The notes below the pieces were generated by a model, which was not told where the DNA came from, searched no databases, and worked only from the letters and a program-made list of their open reading frames with translations. Shown in pieces: positions 1-10,591 of a stretch of 64,000 bases of DNA. Each line of letters opens with the position of its first letter. The first letter of the stretch is position 1. The stretch comes from an uncultured bacterium (GTDB lineage: Bacteria > Zixibacteria > MSB-5A5 > GN15 > FEB-12), in contig CBDVDR010000004.1 in NCBI GenBank assembly GCA_965372795.1, positions 1 through 64,000 on the forward strand, in the 5' to 3' direction. The position numbers and the translations under genes were made by a program.

Positions 1-1233
1 AGTTTAGAAGATTTTGATTCAAAATATTTACCCCACTCATTGTGGGAATCGCTTCCGAAAAAACCACTCTATGCAATTATTTTACCATTTATAAGTTTCA
101 TTTCAATAGCCGCTATCGTACTTGTACTAATTAATATTTTACATTTCAGTGTATTGATAGCTATTTTTGTTATAAATCTATTTATTCGAGCTTATATAAA
201 AAGAAAAAATGATTTATTCATATATTCATTTCAGTATCTTGGTATTTTAATTAATACAGCTCAAAAAATATCTTCTCTCAAATTTCCTGAGTTAAAGGAT
301 ATTCAGAAAACACTAATTAAGAATTTAAAAGGGACCAAAAATATTGCCCGAAAGATTTCTGCTTTACAATATAAAGATGAATTAGGCTTGATAGAATATA
401 TTAATATTTTCTTTTTATGGGACATAACAGGTTTTTATTCAGCCATCAATAATATTGAAAAGCATATAGATGAATTAAGAAATATTTATGAGACGGTTGG
501 TTATTTGGATGCATTGATATCGATAGCATCTTTTCGTTTTGGCAGCCCAGAATTATGCCCTCCCTCATTTAACGAAAGTACAAATAAATATATCGTTGAT
601 GGAATATATCACCCCTTGCTTAATAAGCCGGTTCCTAATTCTTTTGAATTTACCAATAAAAATATTCTTGTAACCGGTTCAAATATGGCCGGGAAAACTA
701 CTTTTTTGAAAACGATGGGGGTTAATGCGATTCTTGCCCAGACTATCAATGTATGCTTTGCCGAAAAATATGAGGCGCCATTTATTAAGGTCATTTCTTC
801 GATAGAAAGGGAAGACAATTTAATTCTTGGAAAAAGCTATTACCTGGCTGAAGTGGAATCAATTCTAAGAATAATAAAGGCATCTAAATCAAATTATAAT
901 CACTTGTTTATTATCGATGAAATTTTCAGAGGAACCAATTCTGTCGAACGCTCGGCTGCTTCTATTGAAGTACTCAACTATTTGGCAACTGGAAAAGATT
1001 TTATTCTGGTTGCTACCCATGATTTACAATTAAGTGAAACGCTTAATAATAAATACAAGAATTATCATTTCCGAGAAAAAGTGCATAAGCAAGGACTTTC
1101 ATTTGATTATAAATTATGTTCGGGTGTTTCAACTACAAGAAATGCAATTGCACTCTTAGAATATGTTGGTTATCCCCAAAGTATTATTGAGAATGCAACT
1201 AATCGGATTAAAAATAACTTTAATAAGAATTAA
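1..1233 (+). CDS. MutS domain-V ATPase family protein (membrane-anchored MutS-related), 5'-truncated by the window edge
   Basis: Walker A TGSNMAGKTT, SYYLAEV, Walker B IIDEIFRGTN, VATHD; hydrophobic N-terminal segment; the frame stays open back to base 1. Confidence 0.85.
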   Translation, partial: SLEDFDSKYLPHSLWESLPKKPLYAIILPFISFISIAAIVLVLINILHFSVLIAIFVINLFIRAYIKRKNDLFIYSFQYLGILINTAQKISSLKFPELKDIQKTLIKNLKGTKNIARKISALQYKDELGLIEYINIFFLWDITGFYSAINNIEKHIDELRNIYETVGYLDALISIASFRFGSPELCPPSFNESTNKYIVDGIYHPLLNKPVPNSFEFTNKNILVTGSNMAGKTTFLKTMGVNAILAQTINVCFAEKYEAPFIKVISSIEREDNLILGKSYYLAEVESILRIIKASKSNYNHLFIIDEIFRGTNSVERSAASIEVLNYLATGKDFILVATHDLQLSETLNNKYKNYHFREKVHKQGLSFDYKLCSGVSTTRNAIALLEYVGYPQSIIENATNRIKNNFNKN

Positions 1234-1492
1234 ATTTTGCTCTGGTGCATAGTTTGTAAACAGGGCAATTTATAAAAATAAGTTACAAATGTTGATCTCT
1301 TTGTTTTTATTCAAAATATCATAATTTCATTAAATAGCCTCTTGAGTGCTTTATTTAGACTACCTTCATCTTTGCAATTAACTGACAAACAATAACCACA
1401 AAAAACCGTATAAATAACAGCAACAGAATGGACACTTGTTGTCTTTTATAGTTCAAAAAACATGATACAAGGGAAATAATTAAATTTAAGGT

Positions 1493-2902
1493 TTGGGTAT
1501 GAATTTTAGAAAATTAAATTTTATAATAATCCTGACCGGACTTATTTTGATATTTGGCTCTCTTAATTCTCAGGCAGCTGTTGCTCTAACCGTACAAGAG
1601 ATAACTTCAGGATTATCTAATCCAATTTTTGTAACTTTTGCTCCCGGCGACAGTCTCAGACTGTTTATTGTTGAACAGGGTGGGGAAATAAAAATACTTA
1701 AAGACGGTAATTTACTTGGGACCTCATTTTTGAATATTCAAAGTAAGGTTCTTTCAGGTGGAGAACGCGGTCTTTTAGGGCTTGCTTTTCATCCTCAATA
1801 TCAATTGAACGGTTTTTTCTTTGTAAATTACACAGACAATTCTGGTAATACGGTTGTCAGTAAGTTTTCTGTTTCTGCTAATCCTGATATTGCTGATTTT
1901 AGCAGCGAAGTAATAATACTTACTCAAGCTCAACCATTTTCAAATCATAATGGAGGGATGATTGCGTTTGGTCCAAATGACGGATATCTTTATATCGGTT
2001 TTGGTGATGGAGGCGATTCAAACGATCCCAACAATAACGGACAAAACATGAGTACGCTATTGGGGAAAATGGTTAGAATTGATATTGAGGGCGCTTCACC
2101 ATATTCTATTCCTGAGGATAATCCATTCAGTCTTGCAACCGATACGGCTCGGGAAATTTGGGTTTCCGGTTTAAGGAATCCCTGGCGGTTTAGTTTTGAT
2201 AGAACAAATGGAAATCTGTTTATTGCCGACGTTGGCCAGAATGAGTCAGAAGAAATTGATGTTGTTACAAATTCAAGTAATGGTGGTCAAAATTTTGGAT
2301 GGCGGCTAAAGGAAGCCAGCAATTGTTTTATTCCTTCAACTAATTGTGATCCTACAGCGAAGCTAACTGATCCTATTTATGAATATGTCCATGGTGGGAG
2401 TCCTCACCGTTGTTCTGTTACGGGTGGTTATGTTTATCGCGGCTGTGCAATTCCGGAATTGACGGGAGCTTATATATTCGGAGATTTTTGCAGTGGTGAT
2501 ATTTGGTCTTTTCAATTCGATGGTGAAGCAATTTTTGATTTCCTTGATCTGAGTAATGATTTGAATATAAGTATTTTCCAATTGTCATCCTTTGGGGAAG
2601 ATTACTATGGCGAGATTTATTTAACGCTTTTAAATGACGGAAAAGTTTTTAAAATAATTCCAGTCGGCGAACCGGCTTGCTCAGCCCCTACCTGTTGTGG
2701 TCTACGGGGAGATGTGGATCAAACCGGCGAAAGGGACATAGTTGATTTAACTTATTTTATCGATTTCATGTTTGCGGGTGGACAGGAACCTGTTTGCATG
2801 AAAGAAGCCGACAACAATAATAACGGCGAAATCGATATTACAGATTTGACTTACTATATTGCTTACATGTTTGCCAATGGTCCGGAACCGATAGCGTGTT
2901 AA
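1493..2902 (+). CDS. PQQ-dependent glucose/sorbosone dehydrogenase family protein with C-terminal dockerin-like domain
   Basis: Signal peptide; GERGLLGLAFHP, NHNGG, GLRNPWRFSFD, ADVGQ motifs; C-terminus CCGLRGDVD..DIVDLTY...EADNNNNGEIDITDLTY duplicated EF-hand-like repeat. Confidence 0.9.
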   Translation: MGMNFRKLNFIIILTGLILIFGSLNSQAAVALTVQEITSGLSNPIFVTFAPGDSLRLFIVEQGGEIKILKDGNLLGTSFLNIQSKVLSGGERGLLGLAFHPQYQLNGFFFVNYTDNSGNTVVSKFSVSANPDIADFSSEVIILTQAQPFSNHNGGMIAFGPNDGYLYIGFGDGGDSNDPNNNGQNMSTLLGKMVRIDIEGASPYSIPEDNPFSLATDTAREIWVSGLRNPWRFSFDRTNGNLFIADVGQNESEEIDVVTNSSNGGQNFGWRLKEASNCFIPSTNCDPTAKLTDPIYEYVHGGSPHRCSVTGGYVYRGCAIPELTGAYIFGDFCSGDIWSFQFDGEAIFDFLDLSNDLNISIFQLSSFGEDYYGEIYLTLLNDGKVFKIIPVGEPACSAPTCCGLRGDVDQTGERDIVDLTYFIDFMFAGGQEPVCMKEADNNNNGEIDITDLTYYIAYMFANGPEPIAC

Positions 2903-2948
2903 ATTATAAAAGAGTAACTCAAATTTTCAAGTTAGTCATAATAATTGT

Positions 2949-4193
2949 CTATAGTTCTTTCCATCTAAAAGTATAGTGACCGGCTCCAGAATTATTATTC
3001 TGGTCGTAATAATATGATTCAATTATAATTTTATAAACTTTTTCATCGGAATGAATAAAATATACATGGTTGTTAGATGAAATCAAATGCTGGACAGGAA
3101 TATATTTATACCAGGCAACTAATGCTGAAGCTGCTTGATCCTTGAAAAAAGGTATTCCATCTGAAACTAAACCAACTGCATTAATATCTGTCGGGTCGAT
3201 TAAATCATAGAAAATTTTATATGTTGCAGTATAACCGATTCCGTTTGGTCCACTATTTTGGAAAATAATATAGTCATTTATTCTAATGTCCCATTCAAGA
3301 GAATTTTTTGGATCATCAGGAGAAATTATTTGACCGCTTGAAAAATCAAAATAGACCGTATCAGAATTAATCTGAAAACTAACCTGCTGGGGAACGCCTG
3401 CAAGGTTTCTTGAATTATAAATCGGTTGATAGTAATAGGTCAAGAACATCTTCCCCATACTCCAGGAAGTCATTCCAATTAAAGAATCGATTTGAAATTT
3501 AATATAGTTGTCACCTTCAGCATCAACCAGACAGAAAACATTTTGTGATATGTCCAGAGCATGTGTTTGTACATTATAGTAAAACCATGCTCTGATTTCG
3601 TAATCGGTAATATCTTCCATCCATGACTCCCCCAATGTATCGGCAATAGTAATATTATCAAAAGCTACTACATCTAAATCTGATCCTAACACTGATCCGC
3701 CAGTACTTGAGACACCTCCATTAAGGATAATTTCTTCACGTTTGAATCCGATGTCCCATAAATTAGGATCGGTTGTTATTTCTTTGGTCAAAAATGAGAA
3801 ACGAACATATTCATCAAAACTTGTAGCATCAATTTTTGTCACCCAGGACTCACGCAAAGGATCCCAAATAGTTATGCTGCTACATTCCAGATTCAAATTG
3901 TAGCCACGGAACAGGTAATCAATTAGATTAATAAGATCAGTTATATCAATTGAGTTATCATAATTCAGATCTGCTTCTTCAAGACAAACCGGCGCAGGTC
4001 CATTTTGAAACATATAGTTGACAAGAAAAGTCAAATCTGAGATATCAATCATACTAGAATGATTAACATCACCATTTACAGCACAACAACTTTGCGCTGA
4101 AACAGACGGTATCGTAAATATAAAAGAGAATAAAAGACAACAAATTAGAACTAAAGGCATAGAGTCACTCAAGAAATGTTTTTGATAGAACAT
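2949..4193 (-). CDS. Secreted protein: N-terminal dockerin-like domain plus two HmuY-like (heme-binding) domains
   Basis: CCAVNGDVNH..DISDLT..EADLN..DITDL; twice the pattern WDI-x-x...N-x-G...W-x-x-Y...H...K-x-x-I typical of HmuY. Confidence 0.7.
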   Translation of the reverse strand: MFYQKHFLSDSMPLVLICCLLFSFIFTIPSVSAQSCCAVNGDVNHSSMIDISDLTFLVNYMFQNGPAPVCLEEADLNYDNSIDITDLINLIDYLFRGYNLNLECSSITIWDPLRESWVTKIDATSFDEYVRFSFLTKEITTDPNLWDIGFKREEIILNGGVSSTGGSVLGSDLDVVAFDNITIADTLGESWMEDITDYEIRAWFYYNVQTHALDISQNVFCLVDAEGDNYIKFQIDSLIGMTSWSMGKMFLTYYYQPIYNSRNLAGVPQQVSFQINSDTVYFDFSSGQIISPDDPKNSLEWDIRINDYIIFQNSGPNGIGYTATYKIFYDLIDPTDINAVGLVSDGIPFFKDQAASALVAWYKYIPVQHLISSNNHVYFIHSDEKVYKIIIESYYYDQNNNSGAGHYTFRWKEL

Positions 4194-4365
4194 AAGATTC
4201 CTAGTTAAGTTGATACTAAATTAAAATACAAATATCTTTGAAATTGTCAATAAATATAATAGAGCCAATTGTATAGATTTAGAATGTTATAAACAATCTA
4301 AGAATTTTAAAGAAGTAAGCCACCAACAATTTAATATAAAAATCTACAAAATTTCCATTAAACAT

Positions 4366-6792
4366 TTAAGGGCATAATGGTGGTGCGGGACCAGCCTGGA
4401 AAAAATATGCAATTATATATGTAAGATCACTTATATCCAATTTTCCATCCAAAGTAACATCAGTTTCTTCAAAACAGACAGGCTCAACACCTTGTCTAAA
4501 GAAATAATCTATCAGAAAAGTCAGATCAGAAATATCTACTATATCATTTTGATCGTTGTCAATATTAGCCGTTGAACCTACACAACAACTTACTGAACCT
4601 TTTACTACAACTAAAAGGTTTGCCACCGTATCTGAACAATTACATTCAGAACAAACTGAAATAGTATAACTATAATCTCCGTGTATTTCCTGACTTAATG
4701 ATATGTTGCTCCCTCGTCCTGAATAAATCTGTACTCCGTTTTCATATAGTACATAAGCAGCAGGAAATTCAGTCTTATCCCATGCTATAGTATATTTTTC
4801 ATCTATTTCCACAGATTCAACCAGACAGTACAAAGTATCCGGTGGTTGCGGTTGTGCGCCAACCAATATTTTAATTTCCATACTTGCTTCGCTTATTCCA
4901 CAATGATTATCTGCCATAATTGTAAATCCAACATTATTCTCAGTTTCAATTAAAATCCAAATAGTAGTATCAGATGTTGATGTTAATTCTATATTATCAC
5001 GATAAACATAATATTTCGTTGCATTTGGGACTGCACTCCAAATAAGCAGAGTGGAATCCTTATGGCAGGGTGTTGGCCAGGGTGAAAACAAAGTATCGGG
5101 AGCAAGTAGAGAATTTGATACTACAATAGATAAAGAATTACTTTGGGCACTCCATTGATTGCAGTCATTTCCGGCTAAGATGTGATAACTATATCCACCT
5201 GGGGGATTAGTTATTTGCATCGATGTTTCAAAACCTTCATATATAAGGATATCATTTTCAAACAACCAATATTCTGATGCACCTGCAACAGGAGTCCAGC
5301 TAATTGTGTACATTGTATTTTCACAAGGGGTTATTGTTGAAGCTGTGGGCACTAACGGTGTAGCTGGAGTTTCGGAAATAGAAAGTGACTGAGGAACACT
5401 GTTTTCACTCCAGCCACAAGAGTTACCAGCGATAGCTTGATAAGTGAAACCTCCAGAAGAATGAGATAGAATAACAAATGTATTGGCTCCTTCATAAATT
5501 TGAATTCCGTTTTCCAAAAGGCGATAGGAATCCGCTATAAGTGAACTATTCCAGGTCATAGTATAATTTTGATTAGGACAAGGGTTTGATGAGCTACTGA
5601 TTAAATTATCAGGTGCATCAGGAAAATTAATTACATTGACAGTTGTGATCCCGCTCATTGGACTCCAGCCACAACTATTGCCATATTGAATTTTGTAATT
5701 AAATGTTCCAGAAAATGAGGCATAAGTAAATCCCATATAAGTACTACTACCCTCGTATCTTTGAACATCATTCTCATATAACCTATAAATTGTAGCACCC
5801 GGGATGGGATCCCAACTGATTATAAAATTCTCTCCCCGGCAGAGATTGTTATCAGTTGAACTCGGTGGGAATGGAACGGTTGAATTTGTTAAAATATTTA
5901 CTGTTTCTGCTTCACTTTGGGCACTCCAGCCACAAATAGTATTATAAGATAATGTGTAATTATAGCCGGCTCCTGAAGAATGATTAAAAACATATTGTGT
6001 CCCGGTTCCATTATAGATAAGATTTGAATTTTCATATAATCTATAAGCAGTGGCGTTATTAATGTTATTCCAGCTAACGGTATAATTTTCATTTGCACAT
6101 GGAGCATTATTTGAAGCAGTAGGGCTGGGTGGACCGACAGATAAATTATTACCGTATACTCTGAGAACAATTCCAGAAATCATCATATGATAAAAGGAAT
6201 CAAGTCCTACTGCAAACCACCCCTTTTGAAGAGCATTCTCCAGATCTACAATTCCTTGAGCTCCAAGTGAGACGGTATTAGTGCCAATAACTTGTGCTAA
6301 TTGAAGACTGGTATCATAAATAAAACCAGTTCTAATTGAGTCATTAAGGTGGGTTAATATAGTGTCCATATATGTTATTGCTGGGTCAACATTTAATCTA
6401 ACTATTTCTGCATAATAAGTAGGATTATCTATTATAGTTTTAATTGTAATTGCTTCAAATATCACAGAGTCTATGCAGACGTTTGATGGAAAATTGCTTA
6501 GTTCAAATTTTGCATATCCTCGGTAGTTCATAGTTGATGGATAGGGGTTATCGTCGAGACCTGATTGCAAAATAGTTACAGTGCTTCTGTACACTTTATC
6601 ATTATCATCAATTATTGTATAAACACTTCCCATCGAATTAATGTTGTTTTCAGGATATATAGAAAAAACCAATGAATTGGCTGTTTCAAGTTCAATTGAT
6701 TTCTCATTTGCAGATCCATTAATTGAAATTAACATTGATAAAATTAAGCTGGATAATAGGATATTACTAATTAGGCGGTTTCTTGCAGTCAT
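4366..6792 (-). CDS. Secreted protein with about five Fn3/Ig-like repeats and C-terminal dockerin-like domain
   Basis: Repeated unit PC..Y.ISW....A..Y.LYEN...IY.G......Y......N.CGWS..S; C-terminal SCCVG..NIDND..DISDLT..ETDVTLDGKLDISDLT. Confidence 0.75.
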   Translation of the reverse strand: MTARNRLISNILLSSLILSMLISINGSANEKSIELETANSLVFSIYPENNINSMGSVYTIIDDNDKVYRSTVTILQSGLDDNPYPSTMNYRGYAKFELSNFPSNVCIDSVIFEAITIKTIIDNPTYYAEIVRLNVDPAITYMDTILTHLNDSIRTGFIYDTSLQLAQVIGTNTVSLGAQGIVDLENALQKGWFAVGLDSFYHMMISGIVLRVYGNNLSVGPPSPTASNNAPCANENYTVSWNNINNATAYRLYENSNLIYNGTGTQYVFNHSSGAGYNYTLSYNTICGWSAQSEAETVNILTNSTVPFPPSSTDNNLCRGENFIISWDPIPGATIYRLYENDVQRYEGSSTYMGFTYASFSGTFNYKIQYGNSCGWSPMSGITTVNVINFPDAPDNLISSSSNPCPNQNYTMTWNSSLIADSYRLLENGIQIYEGANTFVILSHSSGGFTYQAIAGNSCGWSENSVPQSLSISETPATPLVPTASTITPCENTMYTISWTPVAGASEYWLFENDILIYEGFETSMQITNPPGGYSYHILAGNDCNQWSAQSNSLSIVVSNSLLAPDTLFSPWPTPCHKDSTLLIWSAVPNATKYYVYRDNIELTSTSDTTIWILIETENNVGFTIMADNHCGISEASMEIKILVGAQPQPPDTLYCLVESVEIDEKYTIAWDKTEFPAAYVLYENGVQIYSGRGSNISLSQEIHGDYSYTISVCSECNCSDTVANLLVVVKGSVSCCVGSTANIDNDQNDIVDISDLTFLIDYFFRQGVEPVCFEETDVTLDGKLDISDLTYIIAYFFQAGPAPPLCP

Positions 6793-7170
6793 GTATTACT
6801 CCTTCGCAAGGATTGACTTATATATAAATAATTGCGTTTTTTATTAAAAATAGCATATACAATACCTTATCGTCTTTATTCAAGATAATATTTATGCTCT
6901 TTTTGTCAAGTATTTGATGGTAAATATATCCATAATGTTATATTTCAACATCTTACAGTTACATATATCTTGTTTTTTTTATCAAAAAAATATTATTTAC
7001 AATTTAAATTTGAGGATCTGATTAATTTAATATTTGGTAACTGGTCAACAGAGGGCATTGGATTACTCTTTAAATTACTTCCAAAAGAAATACTCTTGAT
7101 TACCATTTTAAAAGAAACAATGGCTGTAAATTGATATTGAAAGAAAGATCAGTAAGGTTTATTTAGTAAT

Positions 7171-7210
7171 AATAATCGGTCACCTCAATTAATTAAGGTG
7201 ACCGATTATT
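7171..7210. terminator. Perfect 15-bp inverted repeat, probable terminator
   Basis: AATAATCGGTCACCT-caattaatta-AGGTGACCGATTATT. Confidence 0.6.
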
Positions 7211-7345
7211 ATAAGTTGACGTTCAGGTTTTCTATTTCACTAAAAGTATTTTTTTTGGAATTAACATAATCATCAACAGTAAGCCGGTAGAAATATACAC
7301 CCGTTGAAATATTGCTGCCGTCAAAAATTACATTATGTGTTCCGG
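7209..7345 (-). pseudogene. Orphan remnant of a T9SS-type-A/FlgD-like C-terminal sorting domain
   Basis: AGTHNVIFDGSNISTGVYFYRLTVDDYVNSKK matches the last half of the CTD in the upstream gene (DASNVSSGIYLYKL...TKK), but has no N-terminal body. Confidence 0.65.
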
Positions 7346-7351
7346 CATCAA

Positions 7352-7385
7352 AGTAAAGGGGACATGCTTTATAAGCACATCCCCT
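7352..7385 (-). terminator. Intrinsic terminator after the 7415-9727 gene
   Basis: Minus strand GGGGATGTGCTT-ATA-AAGCATGTCCCC followed by a T-rich tail. Confidence 0.6.
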
Positions 7386-7414
7386 ATTCTCCCCTACCAA
7401 AATAGTTGAGCAGT

Positions 7415-9727
7415 TTATTTTAGTAATATCATCTTTTTGGTGTCAACAAATCCCCCAGCATTTAACTTATACAGATAAATTCCTGATGATACATTTGAAG
7501 CATCCCATTCCACAGAGACAATACCAGCAGTAGAATTTCCGACAAAATCCCTCACAAATTGACCTTTGATGTTATAAATCGTAATATTCCAATCACTCTG
7601 TTTCGGCAGATCAAAACTAATGGTAGTGATTGGGTTAAATGGATTAGGATAGTTCTGATGCAACCCAAATGTCTGTGGCAGACCAACGTCTGAATCATCA
7701 TTATCATTAATCGATGTTTTTTGAACATTGCCGCATGTATTTACTTCACAGTCAAGAGTTACATCTCCATCCCGATTGTATACATATAGTTCATTTCCAT
7801 CAGCATCTTTCATGAAAAAATCTGCGTTAAGATCAACAGTAGTCTCGAAACTTTCAGGACCACCTCCAATAGATGCGCATTCATAATTAATGTACCCGAT
7901 ATAATCATAATTTTCATCTCCAGAAATACCTGAAAAAGTACCGTCAGTAGTGAATTTCACCTTATCGTTACCAATAAGAGTTGCATTTACACCGGTAATG
8001 CTTGTAGAAAAAGATTCATAGTGAGTTGGGTCGACATTAACAGTAAAAGAAAATCCCTCTACATCAAATGTACTTCTTATTTTAATTAATTGTGCCACAC
8101 AACTCTTATTAGCTTCAATTTTATCAACTATGAAAACTTCTCCAATAGCAACTTTTGCACCTTCAAATTCACCTAAATCAAGATATTCATTCTCATTGCT
8201 CCCACCAACACAACCCTCATTGTCGGGAAGTTGTGTGTTTCCATAAGATCCTGTATTTATAAATGTTGGTTGAATTCTTGTATCCAAGGTCGGATTGAAA
8301 TCAGCCTCAGGCTCCCAATAATATTCAATTGTATGTCGGCCTACATAGCCGTCAGATTGACTCCACTCACCTTCTGAGACTTGCTTAAAAGAACTGTTAG
8401 GTTCCTCGTTTTCGTCATGATAAAATGATATAGCTTCGGTACCATTCCAGTAATCATCTTTGTAGTTTAAGTGTGGTGTGTGATCAATATTAAATTTTAT
8501 TTGTTCTTCAAGCCCGCCTTGAATAAAATCACCTTTAGTTTGTATTGTATACGTGATAGTTTGATTTCCATCTAGCCATGTTTTGAACAAATGTGTTCCT
8601 TCATCTATAATAGCTTGAATGGAAGCAGTAGAACTGAAATCAATAATTCCAGGATTATCGTAAGTTTCAACGATATCTAATTCATCTAAATTATCTATAC
8701 AATCGTTTTCAACTTTCAGATTTGTAGTGTTAAGATCAGTGCCGCTCTTAAAATTTAGTGAATATGGATTATTAAATGGTTTATTAATTAAAGGACATTT
8801 AACCTTAAATTCAACTTCATACATTTTACCATTTATTTCTGGCAAAGTATTAGGTATATCATCGATAATATTATCGAAAATTACTACAATTTCACCGGCT
8901 GTTGTAGTCGCATCGGCATCGAAATGTTCATATTGTTCAGTATTAGTTGCTGAAACAAATTCCAATAGAGTATTATTATATTCAAGGGTATGCTTGCCAT
9001 CATAATACAGGCTATTAATGTTACCATAAACAGGTACTGTGATATTATCGCCAACATATCCATTCTGGACTACATCCTTTATATCAAATTCTGCAATATA
9101 ATTGGCTATCGTAACCATACCATTACGTTCATAAAGATCATTAGCATAAACGTAGTCTGGTGTTATGTTATAATTTCCACTGATAATGAAAGAATTTGTA
9201 TGTCCAGGAATGATTTCTAATTTAGCAAAACTTGATGGATTTTGACAGATGGGTGTTATGATTATATGAGCTATAGTAAGTGATGAATTGGAAGCACTAA
9301 TTGAACCATCAGATAAGATAAATCCATATCGTCCTTCTTCGCCATCATCAATTACAATCGGATCACCATTCCAGCCTAAATTTGGGTCAACATTTGCACT
9401 TACAATTCTATAGGAATTAGCATCAAAAGTGAATGTTAACTGAATATCTTCAATAGTTATAGTTTCATTATTTTCATCATTATATTCTATTGTGAATTCG
9501 ATATCCACTTCCTCACCTATTGGAGAATCTTCTTTTGTAAATTCAATAAAAGCAGAGGTTCTTGAAAGTTTAAAAATTATTTTTTCACTCTCTAAATAAG
9601 TCATTTCTAATGGGTCAATTGGATCTATTGGTCCTCCACCTGGGCCAGCTAATACATGTGATGAAACAAATAAAGCAAACAATGCTAAAACGATTAATAA
9701 TGGTTTGATTTTTTTTACAAGTCTCAT
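7415..9727 (-). CDS. Secreted protein with 2-3 cohesin-like beta-sandwich domains and T9SS-type-A/FlgD-like CTD
   Basis: Signal peptide; GEEVDIEF..IQLTFTFDANSYRIVSA and GDNITVPVY..LEYNNTLLEFVSA cohesin-like strands; C-terminus LPQTFGLHQNYPNPFNP..TKKMILLK. Confidence 0.7.
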   Translation of the reverse strand: MRLVKKIKPLLIVLALFALFVSSHVLAGPGGGPIDPIDPLEMTYLESEKIIFKLSRTSAFIEFTKEDSPIGEEVDIEFTIEYNDENNETITIEDIQLTFTFDANSYRIVSANVDPNLGWNGDPIVIDDGEEGRYGFILSDGSISASNSSLTIAHIIITPICQNPSSFAKLEIIPGHTNSFIISGNYNITPDYVYANDLYERNGMVTIANYIAEFDIKDVVQNGYVGDNITVPVYGNINSLYYDGKHTLEYNNTLLEFVSATNTEQYEHFDADATTTAGEIVVIFDNIIDDIPNTLPEINGKMYEVEFKVKCPLINKPFNNPYSLNFKSGTDLNTTNLKVENDCIDNLDELDIVETYDNPGIIDFSSTASIQAIIDEGTHLFKTWLDGNQTITYTIQTKGDFIQGGLEEQIKFNIDHTPHLNYKDDYWNGTEAISFYHDENEEPNSSFKQVSEGEWSQSDGYVGRHTIEYYWEPEADFNPTLDTRIQPTFINTGSYGNTQLPDNEGCVGGSNENEYLDLGEFEGAKVAIGEVFIVDKIEANKSCVAQLIKIRSTFDVEGFSFTVNVDPTHYESFSTSITGVNATLIGNDKVKFTTDGTFSGISGDENYDYIGYINYECASIGGGPESFETTVDLNADFFMKDADGNELYVYNRDGDVTLDCEVNTCGNVQKTSINDNDDSDVGLPQTFGLHQNYPNPFNPITTISFDLPKQSDWNITIYNIKGQFVRDFVGNSTAGIVSVEWDASNVSSGIYLYKLNAGGFVDTKKMILLK

Positions 9728-10057
9728 TTTTTGCTCCTCATTGAAGTTAATGTTCTAAATGATTGATGCTGTTTATAGGTAAATCTCATCTGCAAAAAAA
9801 ACACTTAAAAAAATTGATAAGAATACTTTGATGTTTTCACTTAAAACTCCTCCGTTTTGAGTTCATAAAACTATATAATTTAACCAGCTTCCTAACCTGC
9901 AGTAATGAATTCGAACAAGATATCGTATTACTTTATAGCTCAGTTTGTTTAATGGATCAATTCTAACAAACAATTGTATAATAATCACATTCATTTCGTC
10001 TTGACTTATGACGATTATGGATTACTTTAATGTAAGGGTAACTTTAATGGAGACAAA

Positions 10058-10591
10058 TTGATAGAGCACTTAGTCAATCAAATTCATTTAGGTGATAAAA
10101 AAGCAGAAAATCAAATTTTCCAATTTTTACTTGTTAGATTTAAGATACTTGCCAAACAAAGGATTAATGAAGACGTATCGGAAGACATTGCCCAGGAAGC
10201 ATGTCTTACGATTGTAGAAAAGTTACGGTCAAATGATATTCCTGAAAATTTCATGGCTTGGGCTTATGATATTTTAAGAAAAAAAATCGGAAATTATTAT
10301 CAGTATCGTGATGTAAGAAGAATTATGACAACTTCAGAAAATGCTACTGTTAATAGTCAAGATAACACTCAATTTGATCAAATAAATGACTTAAGAAATA
10401 GGTTATTGAGTTGTATGAGGAAATTAATAAAACATAATCAAAATCAGGCTCGCATTCTCAATTTGATTTACCAGGGATACAACACCGATGAAATTAGTGA
10501 AAAACTATCAATTTCACCTGACAATATGTATATGATTCTAAGTCGAGGTCGTAAAATGCTCCGTAATTGTTTGGGACAGGAAAGGAGTTGA
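10058..10591 (+). CDS. ECF RNA polymerase sigma factor
   Basis: Region 2 SEDIAQEA..FMAWAY.I; region 4 GYNTDEISEKLSIS..LSRGRKML. Confidence 0.85.
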   Translation: MIEHLVNQIHLGDKKAENQIFQFLLVRFKILAKQRINEDVSEDIAQEACLTIVEKLRSNDIPENFMAWAYDILRKKIGNYYQYRDVRRIMTTSENATVNSQDNTQFDQINDLRNRLLSCMRKLIKHNQNQARILNLIYQGYNTDEISEKLSISPDNMYMILSRGRKMLRNCLGQERS

